A stretch of DNA of 64,000 nucleotides from Lingula anatina (taxonomy: Eukaryota > Animalia > Brachiopoda). Location: NCBI GenBank assembly GCA_051362555.1, contig CM120645.1, positions 10,850,001-10,914,000 on the forward strand, read 5' to 3'. This document shows positions 29,901 to 41,537 of the stretch, piece by piece. Within the stretch, counting starts at the first letter, position 1, and each line of letters starts with the position of its first letter. A program made the translations under genes and the position numbers. The notes under the pieces were generated by a model. It saw only the letters and a program-made list of their open reading frames with translations. It was not told where the DNA came from and searched no databases.

Positions 29901-32651
29901 GCCTGTGGCTTCTATTTGCCGGCTTGATAACGCACCTTAAGCCAGGTAATAGTAATGAAACTAAAGACAAAAGGCCGACGTTCCCGCAATTGAGAACGGG
30001 AATTCACATCTAAACCATCTATATTGTGAGTAACCGCTCGCAGGGGCGCACTATTGTTCCTATCTCCCATTGAGAGTGTTATCGGCAATGATATCCTGAT
30101 CGTATCATTGTCTTGAATCAACTGACGCATTACCTTCATGTTTGAGCTGGACAACGCGGCCATATTTGGTGACGAACTTTTCAAAAATTATCGAGTGCCT
30201 CATTTTCAAGGTCGACGAAGTTTTCAAAGGGAAAAAAATTACGTCGGCGGAAAATCGTCTGCCGACGAAATTTTCAAGAACGACGAAATTTTCAAGACTT
30301 TACCGTACCAGTTTTTTTTTTTTTTTTTTGTAGCGAAAAAAGGGTCGACAAGAGCGTCGTGGTGAGTCGAAGTAGACAAAATGGCATCGACCGAAATTAC
30401 CTTTTTTAGATTTGGTAGTAGGAAGCATAGGCCTATCTTTGCTTCATTTTTTAACAATTTTGTGAAGTGTTCACAATGCTTAAATTTTCTGAGAGTACAA
30501 ATAAAGACACGCTGTTTATTTGATATTTGTTTTATTGATTGCTATACCAACAGAATGCATGAAATAACCTTAAATAGATTTGGTAATATGCAGCACATAT
30601 ATATATTCATGACTTTTTACCTTTCTACGAAGTAGGCCCTATTCACAATGCTTTAATATTTTGAGAGCATGGATAAAGACATGTTGTTAGTTTGATACGT
30701 GTTTCTGTGGTAAATTAGTGTTTCCAGCTGTGTACTGAAAACATAACTTTTCTTAAGCAGTTTTTTTTTTGGACTGTTTTTTTTTTTCGCCCGCTCGCGC
30801 CGATTTTGGGGTCCCCAGAGGATGTCATCCATAAAAATAAAAAAGTGTGGCCTAAGTTAATTATATACTTACAGGTTCTTGTGGTGTTAGCAGCATTGCC
30901 ATAGCTGGTGTTGTTGCCATAGTTAGTATTTCCATCATCCGTGTAATTCCCATAAAAGGTGCTGTTGCCATAGTTAGTATTTCCATCATCCGTGTAATTC
31001 CCATAAAAGGTGTTGTTGCCATAGTTAGTATTTCCATCATCCGTGTAATTCCCATAAAAGGTGCTGTTGCCAAAATTAGTATCATTTCCAAACAAAGTGT
31101 AATTTCCAAAGTTAGTGTCATTACCATAGTACGTGTAATTCCCAAAGTTAGTATCATTACCATTGTAAGTGTAATTCCCAAAGTCAGTATCATTACCATA
31201 GTAAGTGTAATTTCCAAAGTTAGTATCATTACCATTGTAAGTATAGTTTCCGAAGTAAGTTTCATTACCATAGTAAGTGTTATTGCCATAGTGAGTGTTA
31301 TTTTCATAGTCAGGGTAATTTCCATCATCAGAGATCAAATGTCCTGCCTCACAAGTGTTGATGGAGACTCCAGGATAACACCAGACCATGGGCCAGTTCT
31401 GCTGATTTCCACCTATTACATTGACATGAAATGAATGCAATAGATCATGGCAACACAGGGAAGCTTGGATATTTATTATCTATGTTATAACATTATGTAA
31501 TTGTAATAACTCAACATCATCTAATACTATATAATAATAACTTTACACTATTCTTTTACCAGAGGGACCTTTCAATCAAAGGGGCCATTAAGGCCAAGTT
31601 TCAAACACCATATTGGTATTTGTCTTTAACTTACACTTTTTCTTTGGTTAATGAGAAGATGTAAAAGTATAAATTTGCCAGCAGTTAGATACAGTACAGC
31701 ACTTACTTATCTTCTTAGATATGTGCTTATAATATCTATATATATAATAATAATATGTCTCGTGTTATTGTACTTGTAGTCTAGTGTCATTTGGTTGTAC
31801 TATGGTATAATACTTGTCAAACTGTACATGCTGGGGCATAAGTTAAATATTCATATCTATCCACTGGGCATGCAAAAATTATTAGTAAGATCATTTCGCA
31901 TGTTCAGATTTCTATTTTTTCTAGGAATACTCACCACGATTGCAATCACCATCGTATCCTCCCACTTGCCTTATCACCATCCCTCCACTCCCCCCACAGT
32001 AGCCTTCTATATAAAATGTATAATTTCCTGGAGGCACAGGGTACGATTCCCGGCCATAGTAATACCCTTCGCTACCAGACACATTGGATATCACCTCATC
32101 AAAGCTGTTATTGGCTGTTGTCCCTTGTGCAGAGAACAGGAAGTATGAGCCAGCTGAGGTGCCTATCATTTCCATTTCAACAAAGGCACATGTGGTGTGT
32201 TGGAACTGTATTTCTCTAAAAAGTCTGCTGCTGCCGGACTCTTGTGAACAGTTCAGCTGTAATCTGTTCTCTGAATGCAACAGAAAATTCCAATTTTGAA
32301 TAATTTATATTAACTTCTGTTGCAAACTAATCTCATTAGAAAAAAATTTTGCAAAATTATTTTTAATTATTTGTCAATAAGTGATGAAAAAATCTTAACT
32401 AATAATGGTAACATTTCTTGAACCAGTCAATTTTACTGCCATTTAAAAGGCAATTCACTGATCTAAATGTTTTATTGTTATTACAGTGGAAAAACATTCC
32501 AAACACTAAATGTGCAATCACCCTCTACAATCATAAAGTAAAAAAAAAAAGAATTATCAGCAGAATCCGTGTATTCAAAGGTTGTATGATGATCATCATC
32601 CATAAATTCTAAAACTGTTAAATAATGTCTTGAAATCTAATGGTAATAAAG

Positions 32652-32686
<35 letters not shown>

Positions 32687-35600
32687 ACTAAGGGGGCCAA
32701 CAACAGTAGTGTTTTTGGTCAGCTTTCCCAATCTTAATCATTAAACACCTCAGCAGTTTTAACTGACCATTAACATTCAGAGTCCAGTTTCCATTATCAG
32801 CATTATCCTGAACTATGTCACACATCCTGTCATATGGTCCAAAATGGCACAGGTAACCACCATCACCAGTATAACCCCTATATCCACTGTCACCACTATA
32901 TCCACTATCTCCAGTGGCACCATCTGTTAATTATAGAAGGCTTTGGTTCAAAACTATTAATTGTACAAGTCATATCATTTTGTGTACTAATCAAATGTTA
33001 ACATTCATTTTGAAGTTAACTGAATGACCATTAACTGCATTTTAAAGTTAACTGATAGAAGCATTTCAGAATCGGCACATACAAAAGTACAAACAGGCTT
33101 AGTAGAAAAAATTGATTTAGTTCCCATTTTCAAAATATGTTATTCATACCGACAAGTCTAGAATGCATTTTTTGATACATACCATGACAGTACCCATCAT
33201 AGCCACCAGATTGGTGGATTGCCATGTGACCACTCTGTCCACAATGTCCAATGATCTCAAATGTATAATTTCCAGGAGGCACAGTATCGCTCAGCCACTC
33301 ATAACGATAACCTCCACCACCAGACACATTGGCTATCACCTCATGAATACTTTCATTCCCTGCTGTCCCACTAACTAGGAACAGGAAGTATGTATCAGGG
33401 GAAGCAAGCATCATGTCCATACCAATGTTGGCACAGGTGGTGAGGTTAAACTGCATTGTTCTTATAAGTCTGCTGTCGCCTGGTTGAGATGAGCAGTTCA
33501 GTTGAAGCTGACGAGCTGAAATTTGAATGAAAGTTATTATTTAATCAAAATTCTTAGGAATAAGTCTCAACACTGTCATAATGAAAATTTAGGTATTTAA
33601 TTATCCTTTGATTATATCCTTTGATTCAGAAGACAGTTTGTCCTCATTTGCAATACTCTTCTTACCAAAGCATATTATAATTATTGCATTTTCATTATGA
33701 ATATTTAAGATTTTCCTGCAAGGACTTTCATTATTTTAATTATGTTTTTGTGATATAAAGGCAATTATGAAAATTCAAAAATAATCTTTGAAGAATAAAA
33801 GTTGTTGAAATCTTTCAATGAATTCCACATCTGCTAGTTTTATATTTCAGACTAACATCTGTGCTTATTATAAACACCTTCAATATTATGTTGTATTTTA
33901 AAAAACAAAACCTGACTGTTAATTCTGCTGTTCATTAAAGACCCTGCATGAATTTTCCTTAATCAACTTTTCTAGTGAAATTTTAAAATAAGATAGAGCA
34001 AGAAAAACTGCAAGTACTGCTACACTCAACTGCAATAGAAATTTGAAAATTAATGGTTATTTAAATTAAAATATGTGAACATCTTTTGACTGACTGCACA
34101 TTTAGTCTTATATAATAAGACACCAGTCTGCTAATCTTACTGACCACTTGACAGGCAAGACACTAGCAGGTTAATCAAATTCTCACCTGTAGTATTAAGT
34201 GTCCAGTTTCCGTCATCATTTATATCTTGTGTTATGTTACACATTCCCTCCTCTGGTCCAAAGCTGCAATAGCTAGGTTGCTGCTGATTATAATCTAAAG
34301 AAATGAACAAAGACAACCAAACTTTAAATCATTCTTAGGATACAAACACCTTATAAACGGCCTAAAGACAACCTTAACTCCCTTCTACTGAACATCACCA
34401 CCTAAAGATGTACTTTCACATTTTGATATCATACTGAGAATCCTATAATGACAAAAATATGGCATTTAATTTGTTCAAAAGATAATAGTTGGAATTTTTT
34501 GTTTCTTAAAATATTCAATTACTTACCATAACATTGTCCATCATAGCCACCAGATTGGTGGATTGCCATGTGACCACTCTGTCCACAATGTCCAATGATC
34601 TCAAATGTATAATTTCCAGGAGGCACAGTATCGCTCAGCCACTCATAACGATAATCTCCACCACCAGACACATTGGCTATCACCTCATGAATACTTTCAT
34701 TCCCTGCTGTCCCAATAACCAGGAACAGAAAGTATGTATCAGGGGAAGCAAGACTTATATCCATACCAATGTTGACACAGGTGGTGAGGTAAAACTGCAT
34801 TGTTCTTATAAGTCTGCTTTCGCCTTGTTGAGATGAGCAGTTCAGTTGAAGCTGACGAGCTGAAATTTGAATTAATATGGATATTGTTTTATTAAAATGC
34901 TAAAAGGTTACAGCTACTTAATTATAACTTCTACCTTAAATATATTCTTCATTAAAGACACTATTTCGTTTTCTTAATAAACTTTTCTAGTAGAATCTAG
35001 AAATAAAATTGAGTAGGCAAGTACTGGGACATTCATTTCTAACAATACATTTGAAAAGTATGGTAAACAAGTGAAGCATCTTTAGACAAATTGCACATTT
35101 AGTCTGAGACTTACAATTAATTATATATAAGACATTGATTATTCTACTGGCCATCTGACAGACAAGATACTAGCACATTAATCAATTTCTCACCTGTAGT
35201 ATTAAGTGTCCAGTTACCATCATCATTTATATCTTGTGTTATGTTACACATTCCCTCCTCTGGTCCAAAGCTGCAATAGCTAGGTTGCTGCTGATTATAA
35301 TCTGAGGAGATGAACAAAACAAGATAACAGTCAAAGTTTTAATCATTCAGAGGATGTTGCCATTTAAAGGGGTAAGATACCTTAGAATATTTTCCTAATG
35401 TGCTTACATAATGCAGAAATAAAATTGCCGTTACATCAAAAATCTTTTGTGGTGAATTTACAGAACTGAGCTGATGCTGTAACAGCAGTGTTTCAGGGGA
35501 AATGTATTATCACCTTGAAGCAGATATCCTTCATGTGAACAACTATCAATGAAATTTAATGCCTTTTTAATTGCAGCTACGAGTAGTACAATCTGGTACC

Positions 35601-38600
35601 AGGGAATTTTCTTGAAAGACTTGCTTTAATTAAATCCATTTTGACAAATATGGTTCTTTATAATGTATTCAACCCTGTTAGGCCTCTATTTCACACAGAC
35701 CACAAATCCCACAAATCGCCAGGAATTGACAATTTTCAGGATTCGTGAGGATTCGTGAGATTTTGCAAATTTTCTGGCCTTATTAGACACGCTCTATGAT
35801 TCAGTTATGATACAGGTGCGATAGTGTTACGAATTTTCGTGGGATTCGGCTGGAATCGCACAAAGATTGTCAAAAATTCACTACGATTTTTTGGAATCGG
35901 GAGCTCATGGCCAAAATTTTGAACAGCTCAAAACTTTTGCCACAAATTCTCGATTGATCAAGAATTGAAAGAACTGACTTCAATTATATAAGAATCTGTT
36001 AAGAACTTCACGAACTGATTACGATTCAACCACGAATCCTGAAATTTGTCAATTCCTGGCGATTCGTGGGATTCGTGGTCTGTGTGAAATAGGGGCATTA
36101 TCAGTTCGTGATTGAACAAGAATTGCAAGAACTGACTATGAATATATATGAATTTGTTAAGAACTTCACACACTGGTTACGATTCAACCACGAATCCTGA
36201 AATTTGTCAATTCCTGGTGATTCGTGGGATTCGTGGTCTGTGTGAAATAGGGGCATTAAGTGAAACCTTTGAACAGGTTCACTTTTAAAAACCCACTGAC
36301 TTTTTTAATTTTTTTCACAGTCAAGTACCCATTTCACACAGAGAATCCAGTGAGTAATGGACAGGCATAGCAGTTAATTAATATGTTTAAAAATTCATCA
36401 AGTAATCTTTTGCTGTTGTTGCTACACTACACAACACTCACACATTAATGTGGCACACTGCGTCAACAGCTACTGCAGTAGCGCTGGCGATCTGGCAATA
36501 CACCAAAGTTGAAGTAAACAGGTTGGCTAAAATTGCTATGCCCAACACTTGTTGACTACCTTTGTGCTAACTGTTGGCCTAATTAGGACACTACCTTAAA
36601 ATATACTAGTACCTACCATAGCACTCTCCATCATAGCCTCCCCCATAATGGACCACCATCTCACCAGCCTGTCCACAATGTCCAACTATCTCAAATATGT
36701 AGTTTCCAGGAGGCACAGTATTGGACAGCACCTCATAATGATACTCTCTGCCACCAGACACATTTCCTATCACCTCATCCAAACTTCCATTCCCTGTTGT
36801 CCCACTGACAAGGAACAGGAAGTATGTATCCGGGGAAGTGTACCTCATGTCCATGCCAACACTAGCACAGGTGGTGTAGTTAAGCTGAACTGTTCTTGTA
36901 AGTCTGCTGTCGCCTGGTTGCAGTGAACAATTGAGTTGTAGGTGACGAGCTGAAAAACAATAAGAACAGATTTAAATGAATTCTGTATGTCATCAGTGAA
37001 CATCTTAACTTGAAACAGATCACAAATACTTCATAAATATGTAATAAATACTTAAATTTATTATAAACAAAAGGGCATTTTTAGCTTTGGCAATTAAGCA
37101 ACGACACATGCAAATCATACAACCCCCAGTCTGAACATGCCATCCAATAAATTATGAAAAGGCGCAAAACCTGTCAAATAAAGATAAAATGGACAGCCCA
37201 AATTTCAGGCCTAACCAACTACCAGACTCGGCACCTAAGGATCCTGAATTAACCGGTATATCGGACCACACTACCCGTTTTCAAGGTGTGTGTCAGATCG
37301 CATTTCGGAGTATCAGCCAGAACACCGACAGGATGAGCCCTGGCATGCTCGGCTGTCACCTTGATTGGATAGTAAACGATTGTCGTAAAATCGCTATATG
37401 ATTTTAAAACCAGGTGCATAAATTTGAAAGCCACCTAGATGCACCTTAGACTGCCACATTAATCTAATACAATGCAAAAAAGCCCTATCAAAAGTGGTTA
37501 AAACATTCAAACCGAATGCCGTAAAGTCCCCATATATCCCCATAGAGACAATAAAATGGAGTACTCTAAAGTAAGAGTACAGTTTAAGGTTGTTCAGCCG
37601 AGCGTGGATGAACCCGCAGTCGTGCCACAAATTTTTTTCTGGGGTATGATACTCCGAAATGCGATCTGACACACACCTTGAAAACGGGTAGCGTGGTCCA
37701 ATATACCGGTTAATTCAGGATCCTTAGGTGCCGAGTCTGGTAGTTGGGTAGGCCTGAATTTTAACACCTTTCAATCTTTGTTTTTATAAAGAATTTTGTA
37801 TTGATCCATAGTCTAAGACAAAAACCTAAGCCCAGTTACTGAGTAGAGCAACATTGGTGAAAAAGTAGATTTTTATAAACTAAACATGTTTCAACCCTAC
37901 ATGAAAGCCCCCCCAGCAGGTCCAACAATTAACTCACTGATGTGAGGTAAGAAAGTGAAGATATCACAGTCACTGGTAAAAAAGCTGACCCCCAGTCTGC
38001 CCAACTGTGTTCCCACGCCCAATTCACCCCGATGTAGAAATGTTACAATGTTGAAGAGAAACCTCTGACTTCGTACCCTCCTCCCCAGGGGGATAAATGA
38101 CTTAGAATTAATTCAGACTACAAGTGGAAAAAGATAAGTTATATTAGACAAGGCATTAAAACAGAATTAAAACTGCTACAAACTACAAAAGAAAGTTAAG
38201 AAAGTTATCTCAGACTTGGCGTTTATCAACATCAATGTCTCCCATGTCGACACTGACCATTAGTGTTCAAAGTCCAGTTGCCATCATCATCAAGAGCCTG
38301 AACTATGTCACACATCCCATCCTCTGGTCCAAAGTTGCATAAGCCAGGTGCATATCCTGTATCAAATTATACAAATAAGTATTAAGCATGACAATGTAAA
38401 TATATAGGAATATGTGAACCAATATAAGTCAAAATCAGTCACAATTAACTGAATGATTATTGATTGGTTTGCTTACTAGTGTCAACAAATCTTAAAAACC
38501 TGACACATCTTGGAATATTGCTTTTTATATTTAAGATTAGATCATGTACACTTGTAGGGCTTCCTTCAAAATTTCCAGTCAAAATAAAAACTACAAAGGT

Positions 38601-41476
38601 TCTCTATTAAAAAGTTGCACAAGACATTTATTTCATTTTCGGTAGGTATAGTAAGAATAGTGCATGAAGCATTTATCAGCTTGTATTATAGTATTATCAG
38701 ATTGATTTTGAAAGAATATGTCAGATTAATTCAAGTTTCTCCCTAATTTTCTTTATATAAAAAAAATTCACAGGAAATACATTACCAGAATATCCAGAGC
38801 TAGAGGATCCTGAAATGGCATTGAACATATCATTTTAATTGAGTTTTGATTCAATTTTTTTTAAATTTTAACTTTTTACTGTTAAAATCCCTTTTCATTT
38901 TCCTTTCCTATAGTGCAAACCAAGAACTTTGAATTAGAAGCAATTTTTACCAGAATATCCATAGTATGCAAAATATCCTCAATATTCAACACAAGAAAAA
39001 ACTTAAATTAACACAATAAATATGATAATAACAGAATTTATACAATGAATATACATATTTTTCATTTTTTGATTTTCTAATTCTTATTAATATAAAATTA
39101 ATTTTGCTTTTACATCATATTAACCCATTCTTTTTTCTTTTTTCTTAAATCTAAATAGAATTTGAATTATAATAAACATTACCAGAATATCCATAGTATC
39201 CAGAGCCAGATCCTGAAATAGCATTAAAAACACATATACATTACGGAGAATATTGATTTCAATGTTTTCGTTTTCTTTACATTTTTTTAATCATTGACAA
39301 TCTTCCTTTAATGCTGTGTAAATGATCAAACAAATTTTTGAAAGAATATATTATAATATTTATTACCAGAGTATGAGAAGAAAAACATATTTTTTTTTAT
39401 TTCGCGATATTTTACTCTGTTTTACTTCATGGTATTTCTGACTTTTTCTACACATTATTTTTTAATTTAAATTTAAATAACATTTAATTAAAAAAATTAC
39501 CGGAATATCCATAGTATCCAGAGCCAGAAAATCCTGAAATGGCATAAAAATCATTAAAATACTAGCACTTCTGCCTTTAAAGTGAGTTTTGGTGTGTAAT
39601 ATTTTCTTCTCTTAAATCATTATTTATTTTCCTTGTGCAGACAAACAAACAAATAAATATATAAATACATCTTTCTTGAAGAAAATACTACTAAATACCA
39701 GAATATTGACAGTATTTTCTTTTACTTTCTGGCATCATCTTTATTTACATCTTATTCACCTCTTTTTTTATTTACAAAAAAATGCTTTGCCATTACAAAA
39801 ACTGTATCAAATATTCAGAGCAATCATAGCCAGAATTAACATGGAATACATATCATGATACATTGTAATATATATATGATTTTGACTCCCAAGTTTTATC
39901 ACCTTCACTTTTTGTTCTTTCTTACTTCTAGTTAACAAATGAAACAAGCATTGGAAAATTTTATTACCACTATATCCAGAGTAACCAGAACCAGAATAAC
40001 CTGCAACAATATAAAGCACAAATTTTAATACAAGCATATACGTATATTATAAACATGATTCCCGATTTCTACTTCATCCTATTCTTCATTTCAATTTTCC
40101 ATTTTTAATCCTATATTATCATTTAAACTTTTGCCTTAATTGGCCATCAGGTTATAGTTCCTTCTAAGAAGATTGGTTCGAATTCGCACCCTCTTTTAGG
40201 GGTTGAAGCACAATTAAATCTGTGCTGGGAAAACTGCAGCTTCAATCTGGCCTAAAGCAGACATAACCTTAACACAGCTAATTCTGAATTTATGCTAATA
40301 AAAGTTACCTGAACAGTCTGCTTCCTGAGCCCAGTGCTGATGTCTCTCCATGACAACGTTCAAGTATGCAGACACATCTGAAAGTAGTCAAATGGTGCAA
40401 ACTTAAAATTCCTGGAACTGGAGATGGTATTAACCATCCACACAGCCCACCCAACTACTCACCAACCAACAGCTTCTACAAATACCCAAAACTTCACTAT
40501 TCATCACCAAAGTGACTTGCAAACCCCAAAGGAGTTTGGAACAACTGCTTTAACTTTCGTTCAAGATTTCTTTAAAATGACTTACTTTTATTTTAACTCC
40601 GAGTTAAAATAATATCCTATGGCACCAGAAAAAAATTGTAGTTTCAAACAAGCACTAGTGCTGGTAAACTTCCTTTACACAAATGCAGCAATATTACAAA
40701 CCATGACACATGAACAAGCAAGACCCAAATGCTATGGTATGGTACAGCAAAAAAGACATAACCTGAACTTCAGTTTCTCTAAACACATGTCATTTGTCAT
40801 CCAGTAAGTTGGGTTTTAAGAAAGGCAAGCATAAATTGATGCTATCAGAAAGAAAAGTGTATATTTTTTGGTGAGTGATGAGTCAAATTAACCTTAATAC
40901 TCCAAAGAGCAATTTCAAAATACCACACTATGGATACTAGGTATAAGCACTTCTAAGTATCAAAACAGATTCTATACCCAATGTGTTTCTCATAAAGATA
41001 TACATGTACATACTCGTATCACAATAGCTTCCATTGGCAAGTCCGATCCCAAAGATGTCAAAAATAGAATTCTGGCTGGCACAAGTGTAGGTGAAATTCA
41101 CAGAGCTATATCGGCCAGGAAACAAGGAGATTGAGGCCACATGATGCTGAGAGTCATTCACTGTTGGTGCAAGACCACCATACTACAATATGCCATTGAA
41201 AAATATTTTTTTTTCACTTATTAAAAAAAATATTTAAAACAATGAAATTATACAAAAGTTATAAGAGTGTAATCCTGAAATCAAACAATAACACAAGAAA
41301 CTAGAGGATCAGAGAGGCGATACCGCCTCTGGATATTGTACCACCAGCTGGAGTAAGCGCATTCTCATGGAAACCCCACCCCCAAAAAATGAACACCACC
41401 ACCAGTCTTGTGCTCGACAAGCTCTATAAAATGCAATAAACAAGAGTTCTCAAAATATGCAAAAAAAAAAAAAAAA

Positions 41477-41537
<61 letters not shown>

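Larger units (their letters stand above)
27707..30852. mobile_element. PIF/Harbinger-type MITE, copy A (carries a nested 2.06-kb insertion)
   Basis: TIRs ggccacactttttt..atggatgacatcct / aggatgtcatccat..aaaaaagtgtggcc; TAA on both flanks; homologous to 48320-49360 in the opposite orientation. Confidence 0.92.

Noticed and set aside
27663-30635. Short ORFs in the MITEs (also 48565-49442) as transposase or cargo genes
   Set aside because: No DDE/DDD or HTH motifs; poly-A/T runs give FFFF/KKKK; frames are not conserved between copies A and B.
30861-31328. 155-aa Met/Thr/Ile-rich ORF overlapping the Asn-repeat exon
   Set aside because: Alternate-frame shadow of the repeat. The splice phase selects the GN-x-T frame.
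33507-33521. CTGACGAG..GAAA hammerhead-like core (also at 34852)
   Set aside because: No stem II or flanking helices. It is the antisense of the exon start plus splice acceptor.
40150-40190. B-box-like ggttcgaattc (and ggttcgatacc at ~57837) as tRNA or SINE
   Set aside because: No cloverleaf or convincing A-box spacing.
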